A DNA stretch of 64,000 nt from Myxococcota bacterium (lineage in GTDB: Bacteria > Myxococcota_A > UBA9160 > SZUA-336): the NCBI GenBank assembly GCA_965247115.1, contig CBDFGR010000002.1:992001-1056000 (forward strand), written 5' to 3'. Within the stretch, counting starts at the first letter, position 1. Every line of letters begins with the position of its first letter. This document shows, piece by piece, positions 1 to 10,213 of this stretch. The notes under the pieces are model-generated. The model was given only the letters and a program-made list of their open reading frames with translations, had not been told where the DNA came from and did no database searches. Both the position numbers and the translations under genes were made by a program.

Positions 1-178
1 GACGGCCGGAGCCGATCTTCGCGTGGACGACGTGGTCGCCGCGCGGCGTGCAGTTGCTATCCATCCGCTCTCCGGGACCGTTCTTCGCAGTGGAGACGTC
101 GTAGGCCTTCACCACGTCACGTCCTTCGAATAGCTCGAGGCGCTGCGTGGAGAGACAGAGCTTGATCCAGTGCGTCAT
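1..178 (-). CDS. L,D-transpeptidase (YkuD-like) family protein, N-terminal part (runs off the window)
   Basis: Manual translation from ATG at 178: MTHWIKLCLSTQRLELFEGRDVVKAYDVSTAKNGPGERMDSNCTPRGDHVVHAKIG; the 'Q.L.L....Y.VST...G......TP.G' pattern is typical of YkuD domains. Confidence 0.75.
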   Translation of the reverse strand, partial: MTHWIKLCLSTQRLELFEGRDVVKAYDVSTAKNGPGERMDSNCTPRGDHVVHAKIGSGR

Positions 179-252
179 CCCGGAGTCGAGGGTAGCGCCC
201 TTCACGTTCGCGACCTTGCTGGGCCCCCGCCACCGGCTAGAGTCCGGGCCAG

Positions 253-1176
253 ATGGGTCGCGCCGTACCAGAGACGCACTTCGGCGACGCGCTCATCCGG
301 CGTGTCCGCGAGCTCGGGCATCCCCTGTGCGTCGGCCTGGATCCCCACCTGGAGCGGATTCCCGAGCTGTTCCGGCGCGGCAGCATGACGCCGGCGGATC
401 CGAACACCGCACTCGCCGTCGAGGACTTTCTGGTCGCCGTGCTCGAGCGGGTCGCCCGACGGGTCGCGATCGTGAAGCCACAGAGCGCGTTGTTCGAACA
501 GCTCGGCTGGCCGGGGATCAGAGCGCTGACAAGCGTGGTAGAGCGCGCGCAGGACCTGGATCTGCTCGTGCTGCTCGACGCCAAGCGGGGCGACGTGGGC
601 TCTACCGCCGAGGCCTACGCCCGCGCCTACCTGGCTGAAGAGGCCCCGCTCCCCGTCGACGCCATGACCCTCAACCCGTACCTCGGTCTCGAGACGCTGG
701 AGCCCTATGTGCGGGCGGCACGGGCCAGGGGACGCGGCATCTTCGTGCTGACGAAGACCAGCAACCCGGGCTCGGGCGACTACCAGGACCGGGAGCTCGG
801 GGGCCGGCCTCTCTACGAGGTCGTTGCCGAGTCGCTTCGAGGCCTGGCCGACGAGCTCGCCCCCGAGGCAGGAGGCTGGTCCTCGCTCGGAATCGTGGTG
901 GGGGCGACCTACCCCGAGCAGGCCGCCGGGCTGCGCTCCACCCTGCCGAATGCGCTCTTCCTGGTCCCCGGCTACGGGGCGCAGGGGGGATCGGCGCAGG
1001 ACGCGGTGCGGGGCTTTGTCCCCGGGCCGGCCGGCCTGGAGGGGGGTGTCGTCAGCTCCTCGCGAGGCGTTCTCTACCCGCCGTGCGCGGACGCCACCGA
1101 CCCCGCGGCCTGGGAGAAGGCGCTGGACGGCGCGCTGGAGCAGGCGGCTGCAGGCCTGGGCGAGGCGATTCGCTAG
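253..1176 (+). CDS. pyrF: orotidine-5'-phosphate decarboxylase (subfamily 2)
   Basis: LCVGLDP, DAKRGDVGST, TSNPGS, VVGAT and LVPGYGAQGG motifs. Confidence 0.95.
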   Translation: MGRAVPETHFGDALIRRVRELGHPLCVGLDPHLERIPELFRRGSMTPADPNTALAVEDFLVAVLERVARRVAIVKPQSALFEQLGWPGIRALTSVVERAQDLDLLVLLDAKRGDVGSTAEAYARAYLAEEAPLPVDAMTLNPYLGLETLEPYVRAARARGRGIFVLTKTSNPGSGDYQDRELGGRPLYEVVAESLRGLADELAPEAGGWSSLGIVVGATYPEQAAGLRSTLPNALFLVPGYGAQGGSAQDAVRGFVPGPAGLEGGVVSSSRGVLYPPCADATDPAAWEKALDGALEQAAAGLGEAIR

Positions 1177-1288
1177 CGCGGATCGGGCTGTTCGAGCCGA
1201 GATCGTCCAGCTCCCGCCCGTAGAGCTCCGCCTCCGCAGAGCTCCGTCTGCCAGGGACTTCGCACCGTCGACGCGAGCCCCGCCTGGC

Positions 1289-2107
1289 TCAGCCCCGACC
1301 GGGAGAGCCGGGGTCTGATCTGACCTTGCCCACGCTCGATGAGCTGATCCAGCCTTCGCGGCCGTTGGCGAGGCCGACCCGGATCCAACCGTCGCGCTCC
1401 TCCAGTACACGGAGCTCGGTGCCCGCGGGGAGAGGCTGCGAGAAACGACGCGGCGAGTGAACGGAGTCGGCGGCCCGGGCCACGACCTCGGGCGACGTCA
1501 CCACGGCCTCTCGTGTCGCGGAGGAAGCCGGATCCAGGAGGAGCGAGGCGAGCACCGCGCACCAGCCCAGTGCCGGCAACATGGCCAGGTTCCGCAGCGG
1601 CGAAGATCTGCGGAGAATCGAGGCGGCGAGCAGCAGCGCGGCGGCGAAGAACAGAAGGGCTGCCAGCATGGAGCGCTCGGCTCGGGACTGGGTGCGATGC
1701 CAGAAGAAAAACGTGTCTAGCAGCGATCCGGCTCGCGGACGTGGCACCCACTGGGGAAGCAAGGTCCGGGCGTGCGCGAGGTTCTGGCGGGCTCGCGCAT
1801 GATCCGGATCGAGCCAGAGCGCGCGCCGGTAGGCCAGGATGGCTGCGCCCAGACGCTCGCCCTGCAGGGCGGCGTTCCCCAGGTTCGTATACAGGTCCGG
1901 GTTCTCGACGCCGGTCCGAGCAACGCCTGCGAAGAGCCTCTCTGCGCTGCGAAAGCGCTCGCGCCGGAGGTCTCCCGAGGGCGTGTCGAGCGCCTCCTTG
2001 TAGGCGCCGAGCGCGCGCTCCAGCATGTGCTCTCGCTCCACGTCCGCAGCGCGAGCGTCAGGAACGAGCACCATCAGTACTGCGAGAGCGAGGAGCGGGA
2101 AGCTCAC
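1289..2107 (-). CDS. BatE-like TPR + membrane + SH3-like protein
   Basis: Signal peptide, TPR (YTNLGNA...AILAYRRAL..DP....ARQNL), two TM helices, C-terminal SH3b-like 'GTELRVLEERDGWIRV..GREGWI'; GTG start overlaps upstream stop. Confidence 0.75.
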   Translation of the reverse strand: MSFPLLALAVLMVLVPDARAADVEREHMLERALGAYKEALDTPSGDLRRERFRSAERLFAGVARTGVENPDLYTNLGNAALQGERLGAAILAYRRALWLDPDHARARQNLAHARTLLPQWVPRPRAGSLLDTFFFWHRTQSRAERSMLAALLFFAAALLLAASILRRSSPLRNLAMLPALGWCAVLASLLLDPASSATREAVVTSPEVVARAADSVHSPRRFSQPLPAGTELRVLEERDGWIRVGLANGREGWISSSSVGKVRSDPGSPGRG

Positions 2108-3906
2108 GAGCTGCCCTCCAGCAGGGCGTCGGCCAGCTCCAGTGCGCGCTGCTGGAACGAGGGATCCAGGGGCTCTTCTGCTCCAGGCTGCGTAGGAGCA
2201 AAGGTCAGGGCATCGCACTCCGCGACGAACTCGTCCAGGGCCCGAGGGCAAGCGCCAGCGCAGACCCGCACCATCGCCCGCAGAGCCGCAGCGATGGTCT
2301 TCACCGCTTGTGAGCGCGGCTGGCGCTGCGCGCTGGCGATGAGATCCCGCTGCTGCCGGAGGGCGCGGCGCTGCCGAACCAGCTCAGGATCGACGTCTGC
2401 CCTCCGACGCAATACGAGACTCAGGCCGAGCAGAGCGAGCGAGACGGCGTAGACAGCGCCGAGCACGACGGACCCGACAGCCACGCGAGCTTGCCCCAGA
2501 AGCTCCTCTGGCTCGCGCACGATGGAGAGATTCGCTCCGGCGAGACTGATTCCTCCGGCGCCCGGCTCTGCGTGTACGAGGCGGGCCGTGGCGTCTGCTG
2601 CGGAACCGGCCACCGGATCCGCACCCCCTCCGATCACGACGTCGCCCGCCGTCACCAGGGCCGCCGGCCGCACCGAGAGCGCGATGGGTCGAGATTGCGT
2701 GGAGAGGAACTCCTCGGCAACCGGATCGAAGTAGGTGTAGTGCAGCGGCGGGATCTCGCGCACCGACTCGGTGATGGCGCGGACGGGAACTGCGAAGCTC
2801 TTGGCTCCCGCCTCGACGACCCCGTCGACGTCTCCAGAGGGCAGACGGAACTGCTCTGGGGACAGACCGACGTCCTCGAAGAGCGCGGGCAGGCCCGCAC
2901 TCTCCAGGTTGCCGTCCCCGCGCAGGACGAGTGTGAGCTGGATGGGGTCTCCCACCTGGACCACGCTGCGATCCGCGCTCACCTCGAGCGTGAAGCCCTG
3001 ACCGACAGCGCCGGCGAAGCCCGGCGGGCGGCCATTGCTCGGGATCTCGCGCACCACGAGACGCCGGGGCAGGTCCTCTGCGCGGCTCTTGCGCACCCGT
3101 TCGGGGACTCTCCCACCGAACAGGTCCCGCCGCCAGCGGGTGGCGATGTCCACCACGACCGAGGCCGGCTCAAAATCGAAGGTCCCCGTCTTCAGGGGGA
3201 CCATGGTGCGCTCCGCGGCCACGACCAGGAACCCCTCGCCGGCGATGCTCTGCATGCGGACCTCTGCGGGCAGCTTCACCTGTCCAGCGGCAGTTTCCAG
3301 AGACAGCTCGGCGTTGCCGGACCCAGGCTCGGGGTCGAGAAAGCGGAAGGCGTCGCTGCGATCGAACAGCGTCGAGCGGATCCGGTAGCGGTGCAGCTGT
3401 TCTCGAAGCGGGGTGGCGATCCACCACTCGATCCCCAGCCGCACCCGCTGCCCAAGGTAGATGGGCGTCTCCGGAAGCACGAGACGCAGCCGGATCTGCT
3501 CGCTTGTAGGAACGGCCGCGACTTGCAGAGTCACTGCGCTGGAACTCGCATCGAGCTGGGCTTGCTCAACACGAAAGGGCCCGACCCTGTGCGTGCCTGG
3601 CGCGCGCGCGGTGAAGCGGTAGCGGTACACGAACTGCACCGTCTCCTCCCGTGTGACCTTCCCGTTCAAGATCGAGATCGAGGAGCGCACGTTCGGGCTC
3701 ATACCGAGCAGCTTCAGCGTTCCCGCCGACGGCGTCTCCACGCTCACCTCCGGCTGCGGCTCGCGAGCGAAGCCGCTCACCACGAGCTGCAGGTCCACCG
3801 GCTCGCCCAGCAGGTACGGCGGAGCCGGGGTCCGCACGCGAAGCTCCTGAGCCTGAGCCGCGCCAGCCAGGAGACCGAGAGCGAGTGCGAAGAGCAGAGG
3901 CCTCAC
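2104..3906 (-). CDS. BatD-like protein
   Basis: Signal peptide, repeated Ig-like beta segments, 'FAGAVGQ' and 'YTYFDP' motifs, C-terminal TM helix; position in MoxR/VWA operon. Confidence 0.8.
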   Translation of the reverse strand: MRPLLFALALGLLAGAAQAQELRVRTPAPPYLLGEPVDLQLVVSGFAREPQPEVSVETPSAGTLKLLGMSPNVRSSISILNGKVTREETVQFVYRYRFTARAPGTHRVGPFRVEQAQLDASSSAVTLQVAAVPTSEQIRLRLVLPETPIYLGQRVRLGIEWWIATPLREQLHRYRIRSTLFDRSDAFRFLDPEPGSGNAELSLETAAGQVKLPAEVRMQSIAGEGFLVVAAERTMVPLKTGTFDFEPASVVVDIATRWRRDLFGGRVPERVRKSRAEDLPRRLVVREIPSNGRPPGFAGAVGQGFTLEVSADRSVVQVGDPIQLTLVLRGDGNLESAGLPALFEDVGLSPEQFRLPSGDVDGVVEAGAKSFAVPVRAITESVREIPPLHYTYFDPVAEEFLSTQSRPIALSVRPAALVTAGDVVIGGGADPVAGSAADATARLVHAEPGAGGISLAGANLSIVREPEELLGQARVAVGSVVLGAVYAVSLALLGLSLVLRRRADVDPELVRQRRALRQQRDLIASAQRQPRSQAVKTIAAALRAMVRVCAGACPRALDEFVAECDALTFAPTQPGAEEPLDPSFQQRALELADALLEGSS

Positions 3907-6900
3907 CAGTCCTTCTCCACGGTCTCCGAGCTTGTGCGGCGCTGCTGCCGAGCGCGCTCACGCCGACGACGAGCCTCGCGATCCCTCACCTCTTGCAGCA
4001 GCTGCGATGGGTCCGCGGCCTGCTGCTCGGCGGCTGCGACGGTGTCGCTGGTTTCAGGCTCGCCTTGCTGGCCAGCATCCGCCTGGCTGCGCTCTCCCTC
4101 CTGCCGCTCCGGCGGAGTGAGCAGGGCGAGCGCCTGACGCAGGTGCTCCAGGCCTTGGTCCTGGTCGCTTCGCGCAGCGTCCACCTGGTCGGCTGCGAGC
4201 TGCTCGGCCGCGCTCTGCATCGGCGCCTGCGCCGCCAGCGTCAGCTCCGCCGCACGTCGGAGTCGGTCGCTCGCGTCGCGCACCGCTTCCGGGCTCAAGC
4301 TCTCCTGCTCTTCGCTCGACGGCGCCGCGGCCGGCGTCTGCCGGGATTGCGCCTCGAGGGCACCAGCCAGGACCCCGGTCGTGTGGGCGAGCTTCGCCTG
4401 GCGTGGGATCAGAGGACCGAGTGCGGGCACGGGATTCGGAAGTGCGGCGGTCTGCTCGGTCTCGTCATTCAGCTCCAGCTGCTGCTGGGCGGTGTCGCGC
4501 AGCTGCTCGACGATCGAGAAGAAGAGTCGGCGCAGTGCGTCGAGCCCGGCGACCGCCCTGACGTTGGGGCGCACAGCGACTTCCAGGTCCGGTGCGCGCC
4601 GCCTGGCCTGTCGTCGGAGCGCAGCGCCGACGTCCTCCATGGCGGCCTCGGAGCGGGCGAGGAGGCGCTTGGCGACCAGCAAACGCGTCCTCTGCTCGTC
4701 CAGCTCTTCCTCCGAGGAGTCCGGCCGAAGCGCGGCGAGCTCCTCGTCCAGCTGCTGCCCGATTCGAGAGGCTCGGCTCAGGTTGCGCTGCTGAACCCCA
4801 TAGAGCCGCGGCAGCATCTCCACGGCAGGCAACGGCGCCTCGGAGGCGAGCTGCCCCAGGCCAAGCTGATCCGCATACGTGAGCTCGATCAGTCCGCGAA
4901 GTCCCAGGAACAGCTCGCGGGCCGAGGTGAGTGCGGAGACGGCGGTACGCTCGGCGACGAGCGCCTCCAGGGCGGCGTCCCGAGCCATCGAGTCCCGCGC
5001 ACGCGCCAAGCGCCCCCACGCCTCCGCGACCAGAGGCTCCGCCTGTCGAACCGCTGCGAGCAGCCGCGCGTCCCCCGGCTCGAGCTCCGCACCCGCGGGC
5101 TGGGACAGTCCCGCCACCAGGGTCGCGCGAAGGCTGGCAGTGCGCTCCGTGATCCCGTCCAGCGCATCGACGAGGTAGGCGCTGGAGAGCCAGTCCGGCC
5201 GCTGCTGCTCTGAGCCACTGCCCGGGACGCCGGAGTCGCGGAGCGCATAGAGCTGCGTGTAGCCCCCTACCTCTGTCCCGTCCCGGATCAGCGCATCCAG
5301 GACCTCGACCGGGTCGCGCAGCTGGTCGCGGGCCAGGTTCAGCTCGGCCAGCGCGACCGAAGCGCGTCGATGCCCGCGCTCCGACTGCTGCTGGCGCAGC
5401 TCGCGCCGCGCGTGTCCCATGCGTTCTCGAGCTCGCCGCAGGTGGGGTAGTAGCTGACTGAGCTGTGCTGCTCGGAGCTGGTCCTGAGGCTGACGCTCCG
5501 CCTCTGGCTTTGTCTCGAGCTGCCTGCGCTCGCCGTCCGCCTTGCCGGCCAGGAGATCGCTATCCGAGAGGATGAGCCGCTGCTGGGTGGAGAGCTCGCG
5601 GTGTCGGGAGCGAAGCGCCTCCTCGGACAGCGCCCCGGCGAGCTGCTTCTGCTCCACGCTCGAGCGTACCCCCGCGACCAGCTGCCGCTGGCGCTGGCTG
5701 AGCTCGTCGAGACTCGCGGCAAGGGACCGGGCGTCCTGATCGCGCAGCGAGTCCTCCAGGACGCGTGCGCGGGTGAGCACGACCTCCAGGTTGTGGCGCG
5801 CGTCCTCGCTGCCCGGGCGCAGGCGGAGCGAATCCCGGAACCGATCGGCAGCGAGAAACAGCTGTACGAGCGCCTCCTCCGGCGCCCCATCCAGGCGACG
5901 ATCCGCACTCGCGGCGCTCGCCCAGCCCAGACCGTAGATGGCGCGATAGCGGGTCTCTCCATCCGTCTCGGCGGTGCTCCGCGCGAGCTCGAAGAGACGC
6001 TGTGCCTCCTCGAGCTCCTGTGCCTTCAGGCTCTCGAGACCAAGGTTGTAGGCCTCGCGCGGGCTCGGTAGCTCGGGCGTCGTCAGCTCCTCGGGCTCGG
6101 CATCTTGTTCCGTAGCCTCTGCGACCGCCCCCTGCGTGGCTGCCGGCACAGGCGGAAGGGGATCCGGCTCTTGCGCCAGTGTCGCGCCAGGAGCGTAGAG
6201 CAGCGCGATCACGGCGGCCGCAGCGAGTGGGCGTGCCCGCCCGAGCAGGGTGGCCCCGACCAGGCTGAGCAGCGAGCAGAGCACGAGCCACTGGAACCCC
6301 TCGTTGCGGACCGGGCGACCCGAGCCGTCGACCTGGCCGCGCATCAGACCGGCAATATGCGCCTCGTAGATGGAATCGAGGTCGAGAGCGCCGGTCCCGG
6401 CGGGAACGTAAACGCCTCCCGTCAGCCGCGCGATCTCGCTCAGCGTCGTCGCGTCGAGGCGCGATCGTACGACCCGACCCTCGCTATCCCGAAGTAGGGC
6501 GCGCGCGCCCGTCGTTGGATCCGTCAGGGGGACGTCGCTGCCCTCCCCGGAGCCGAGGCCAATCGTGATGATGGCGATCCCGCGCTCCGCCGCGGCGCGG
6601 GCGGCATCCAGCGGAAACGAATCCAGGTCTTCCCCGTCGGTGATCAGCAGGATGACCCTTGCCACGTCTCCCGTGGCTCGAAAGCCGGCCAGGGCCTTTC
6701 GGATCGGCTCCTCGAGCCGCGTCCCGCCCCGCGACACACTGTGGGCGCCGAAGTCGTCGAGCACGAGTCGCAGGAAGCTGAAGTCCGGAGTCAGCGGAGC
6801 GAGCACACTCGCACGGCCCGCGAACGCGATCAACCCGACGTGATCTCCTTCGAGGTAAGCGAGCAGGTCGCGAACCTCCGCCTTCGCACGTTCGAGCCGA

Positions 6901-7235
6901 TTGGGCACCACGTCCTCGGCCAGCATGGAGCGCGAGACGTCGACCGCAACCATCAGCTCCGCACTCGCTCTTGGGGTTGCGAGAAACTCGAGACCCCACT
7001 GCGGACGCATCACGGCCAAGACGGCGAAGAGCCCGCTCAGGGTGAGCATCGCGATCCGCAGCCGACGCTGCGCGGGTGTCGCTCTGTGCACCAGCCTGGT
7101 GCGGAGCGACGGTGCGACGAGCAGCCGCAGCGCTCGCCTGGCCCTGCGGTCCGAGATCACCAGTAGCACTCCAAAGCCCAGCACCGCCCACACGCCGTGG
7201 ATCCACTGCGGCTCCGCAAAGCGCAGCTCACTCAC
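3903..7235 (-). CDS. BatB-like VWA protein fused to TPR (BatC-like) and a long helical region
   Basis: MIDAS DVSRS, 'NRLERAK', 'ITDGED'; then TM, TPR 'AYNLG...ARHNLE'; ends 'VEKDW' as in BatC. Confidence 0.85.
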   Translation of the reverse strand: MSELRFAEPQWIHGVWAVLGFGVLLVISDRRARRALRLLVAPSLRTRLVHRATPAQRRLRIAMLTLSGLFAVLAVMRPQWGLEFLATPRASAELMVAVDVSRSMLAEDVVPNRLERAKAEVRDLLAYLEGDHVGLIAFAGRASVLAPLTPDFSFLRLVLDDFGAHSVSRGGTRLEEPIRKALAGFRATGDVARVILLITDGEDLDSFPLDAARAAAERGIAIITIGLGSGEGSDVPLTDPTTGARALLRDSEGRVVRSRLDATTLSEIARLTGGVYVPAGTGALDLDSIYEAHIAGLMRGQVDGSGRPVRNEGFQWLVLCSLLSLVGATLLGRARPLAAAAVIALLYAPGATLAQEPDPLPPVPAATQGAVAEATEQDAEPEELTTPELPSPREAYNLGLESLKAQELEEAQRLFELARSTAETDGETRYRAIYGLGWASAASADRRLDGAPEEALVQLFLAADRFRDSLRLRPGSEDARHNLEVVLTRARVLEDSLRDQDARSLAASLDELSQRQRQLVAGVRSSVEQKQLAGALSEEALRSRHRELSTQQRLILSDSDLLAGKADGERRQLETKPEAERQPQDQLRAAQLSQLLPHLRRARERMGHARRELRQQQSERGHRRASVALAELNLARDQLRDPVEVLDALIRDGTEVGGYTQLYALRDSGVPGSGSEQQRPDWLSSAYLVDALDGITERTASLRATLVAGLSQPAGAELEPGDARLLAAVRQAEPLVAEAWGRLARARDSMARDAALEALVAERTAVSALTSARELFLGLRGLIELTYADQLGLGQLASEAPLPAVEMLPRLYGVQQRNLSRASRIGQQLDEELAALRPDSSEEELDEQRTRLLVAKRLLARSEAAMEDVGAALRRQARRRAPDLEVAVRPNVRAVAGLDALRRLFFSIVEQLRDTAQQQLELNDETEQTAALPNPVPALGPLIPRQAKLAHTTGVLAGALEAQSRQTPAAAPSSEEQESLSPEAVRDASDRLRRAAELTLAAQAPMQSAAEQLAADQVDAARSDQDQGLEHLRQALALLTPPERQEGERSQADAGQQGEPETSDTVAAAEQQAADPSQLLQEVRDREARRRRERARQQRRTSSETVEKDW

Positions 7236-8254
7236 GGGAGCCTCCGGAGCAGGGTGCTGCTCGATACCCCCGCCAAGGCGATGCAGGCGAGCGCGGCCAG
7301 CGTCCAGACCTGGTAATGCTCCGAGTACTGGAGGTAGCGAACCTCGGAGATCACGGAGCGCTCCAGCTGGTCGATCTCCGCGTAGACGGTCTCCAGCGCC
7401 TCGGCGCTGTCCGCGTGGTAGTAGCGCCCGTCGGTGCGCTCGGCGATGCGGCGCAGCGTCTGCTCGTCGAGCTCTACCTGCATCCTCTGCAGTCGTACCC
7501 TGCCGCCATCGATGCGGACGGGAACCGGCGCCAGCCCGTGCCGGCCCGCGCCGATCGCATACACGCGGATGTCGTGCTGGGCGGCGAGCTCGGCGGCCTG
7601 CAGCGGCTCGATCGCGCCTGCGTTGTTCACTCCATCGGTGAGCAGGATGATGACTTTGGACTTTGCGGGATGGCGGCGCAGGCGCTCCACTGCCAGAGCG
7701 ATCCCCTCGCCGATCGCCGTGCCCGCCTCGCGCTGGTCCGCGTTGATCTCGAGCTGATCCAGAATCGCGATCAGGTTCAGGTGATCCAGCGTCAGCGGAC
7801 AGAACGCGTCGGCGTAGCCCGCGAAGGCAATGAGACCCAGGAGATCGGCGGGGCGCCCGGCGAGCTCGCCACCCCCCAGCACAAAGTCACGAACGATCCG
7901 CTTGACCGCGTGCAACCGACTCACTCCGGCGTCGTCCTCGACGAAGTCGCGGGCATCCATCGACCCGGAGCGATCGACGACCAGGCCGACCGCGATGCCC
8001 TCCTGCAGCTGTTCTGTTGTCGCATCCCCGGTACGCGGACCGGCCAGGGCAACCGCGAGGAACAACCCCGCACAGGCCAGGAGTACGGCAGGTGCGCGAG
8101 CGAGGCGCGCGCGCGGACTCACCGGTGCGCGATCCGGGACGTCGAGGCTCGAGTAGACGACCGCGGAGCGCTCCGCGCGCGCCAGGAGGTAGATCAGCGG
8201 CGCGAGCAATCCCGCCAGCAGGAACAGCGGATCTCGGAACTCCGACTCAAACAC
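7232..8254 (-). CDS. BatA-like VWA domain protein
   Basis: DRSGSM MIDAS, PLTLD, GTAIG, 'SKVIILLTDGVNNAG'. Confidence 0.9.
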   Translation of the reverse strand: MFESEFRDPLFLLAGLLAPLIYLLARAERSAVVYSSLDVPDRAPVSPRARLARAPAVLLACAGLFLAVALAGPRTGDATTEQLQEGIAVGLVVDRSGSMDARDFVEDDAGVSRLHAVKRIVRDFVLGGGELAGRPADLLGLIAFAGYADAFCPLTLDHLNLIAILDQLEINADQREAGTAIGEGIALAVERLRRHPAKSKVIILLTDGVNNAGAIEPLQAAELAAQHDIRVYAIGAGRHGLAPVPVRIDGGRVRLQRMQVELDEQTLRRIAERTDGRYYHADSAEALETVYAEIDQLERSVISEVRYLQYSEHYQVWTLAALACIALAGVSSSTLLRRLP

Positions 8255-9251
8255 CGGCTGGCGCTCTCACCGCCGCAAGCTCTGTCTGGCCCCCTCCGAG
8301 CTCGCGGGTCTCTTCTAGCACGCGGCTGGCCGCGCCAAGAGAGCCCTCCACCTCTGCGCTGCCCGGTCGGTGTCCCGCGAACTTGACCAGATCGGCGCGA
8401 CTCAGGAACTCGTGCAGCAAGCTGCGCAGCTCCTGACTCAGATCCGGCGACTCGCTGGCCACCACGAAGAACTCTTCGGTCGTGAGCTCCGGTGAGCGCA
8501 GATCGAAGCGCCCTTCGAGGTAGAGTCGCACGATTCCTGAGAGCTTGACGTAGAAGCCGTCGACCTCTGCCGGGCCCGGGCGCGAACCCGATAGCAGGCG
8601 GTCGAGCTCCGTGCGCGCGACCTCGTAGGCGCTGCGCTGAACGCGTCGAGCGCTCGCGCCGAGCCAGGCCCAGAGCGCCAGTCCGGCCGCTCCCAGCGCG
8701 AGACCCGCAGCTCCGAGCCAGCCCCACAGCGGCAGCAATGGTGGACCCAGCATCGCCAGGGGTGGCAGCGGCGGGCGCAGCTCTGGCGTGGCGCCGCTAG
8801 GGAGGACGGAGGCCACCTCGAACTCGATCCGCTCCGTCAACAGCTCGTGGGCGTCTGCACCTTCGGGAGCGCTCTCTGCGCCGGGACGCCTGTCGACGAA
8901 CTCGACCAGGAGCGGCGGGATGCTGTGCTCCCCTGAGGTAGGCGGCTCGAGCAGGTAGCGCTGGATCGCACGAGTCCCCCCCTCCGGAGTCACGTCCTCG
9001 CGGCTGCTGAAGTCGAGGATCGGGAAACGATCGAGTGCCTCACCGAACTCCGGCATCAGGAGCTCGACGCCCTCCTCCGTGCGCGCCTCGATCTCCAGGT
9101 CGAGGAGGTCCCCGATGAGCGGCGAGTCGGGCGCGAGACGCACGAAGACCTCCACGGGCCCCCGAGCGCTGCGGCGCTCGAGGCCGTTTGCACCCGCTGC
9201 GCTGACGAGAGCGCAGACGGCCAGCAGGGGCGCGAGTCCCCTCACTCTCAC
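8247..9251 (-). CDS. membrane protein of MoxR/Bat operon (DUF4381-like)
   Basis: Signal peptide, single TM, C-terminal 'R.YLE.RF....PELTTEEF...ADLVKFA' pattern. Confidence 0.7.
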   Translation of the reverse strand: MRVRGLAPLLAVCALVSAAGANGLERRSARGPVEVFVRLAPDSPLIGDLLDLEIEARTEEGVELLMPEFGEALDRFPILDFSSREDVTPEGGTRAIQRYLLEPPTSGEHSIPPLLVEFVDRRPGAESAPEGADAHELLTERIEFEVASVLPSGATPELRPPLPPLAMLGPPLLPLWGWLGAAGLALGAAGLALWAWLGASARRVQRSAYEVARTELDRLLSGSRPGPAEVDGFYVKLSGIVRLYLEGRFDLRSPELTTEEFFVVASESPDLSQELRSLLHEFLSRADLVKFAGHRPGSAEVEGSLGAASRVLEETRELGGGQTELAAVRAPAGV

Positions 9252-10201
9252 CGGCGCTGCCGCCTCTCGCGCATGTGGAAGAACCGGACCAGGGGATCGA
9301 CACAGGACCCGGCCGCGTCGATGCGGACGACGTCGATCCCTGCTGAGCGAAGGTTGCGCTCCACGCTCTCGGCGCGCTCGAGCGCGAGCCGGGCGAACTC
9401 CTGCCGCACCGTTCGAGAGCCTGTGTCGACCACGCGCGTACGTCCCGTCTCCGCGTCCTGTAAGTCCACTAGTCCCACGTTCGGCAGCTCGAACTCGCGC
9501 GGATCGGAGATGAGCACCGCCACCACGTCGTGCTTGCGGTTCGCGCTGCGCAGGGCGCGCTCGTAGCCCTCATCGATGAAGTCGCTGACCACGAAACACA
9601 CCGTGCGGCGAGGCGTGACAGACATCACGAACTCGATGGCGTTGCCGATATCGGTGGCCTCGCGGGCGCGACGCATGCGGCGGCCGCGCGGCCACACTGG
9701 CCAGCGAAACGACCGCGGCTGCGCGTGCTCGTCGACGTCCGTTCCATTGGCGAGCACCTCGCGCACCACACGCAGTGCGTGCTTCTGTCCTTTGCGGGGT
9801 GGAATGTACTTCTCGATCCCGCTGTGAAAGAGCGTGAGTCCGACCTTGTCATCGTTGCGCGTGGCCGAGAACGCAAGCAGCGCACACAGCTCGGCGGTGC
9901 TCTCCCGTTTGGAGCGCGTCCCTGAGCCGTAGTCTTGCGAGGCGGAGACATCCGCCATGAGCATGAGCGTGAGCTGACGGTCTTCCACGTAACGCTTCAC
10001 GAAAGGCTCGCCCATGCGAGCGGTAACGTTCCAGTCGATCGTGCGCACGTCGTCGCCGGGCACGTACGGGCGCACCTCGTCGAACTCGATGCCTCGGCCC
10101 TTGAACACCGAGCCGTACTCACCGGCCAGCACGTCGGCGACTTGACGGCCCGTTCGGACCTGAATCTCGCGAACACGTCGAATGATCTCGCGGGCCAACA
10201 T
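9248..10201 (-). CDS. DUF58 domain protein
   Basis: 'GEYGSVFKGRGIEFDEVRPYVPGDDVRTIDWNVTAR' signature. Confidence 0.92.
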   Translation of the reverse strand: MLAREIIRRVREIQVRTGRQVADVLAGEYGSVFKGRGIEFDEVRPYVPGDDVRTIDWNVTARMGEPFVKRYVEDRQLTLMLMADVSASQDYGSGTRSKRESTAELCALLAFSATRNDDKVGLTLFHSGIEKYIPPRKGQKHALRVVREVLANGTDVDEHAQPRSFRWPVWPRGRRMRRAREATDIGNAIEFVMSVTPRRTVCFVVSDFIDEGYERALRSANRKHDVVAVLISDPREFELPNVGLVDLQDAETGRTRVVDTGSRTVRQEFARLALERAESVERNLRSAGIDVVRIDAAGSCVDPLVRFFHMRERRQRR

Positions 10202-10213
10202 GGTTCGGATCGG

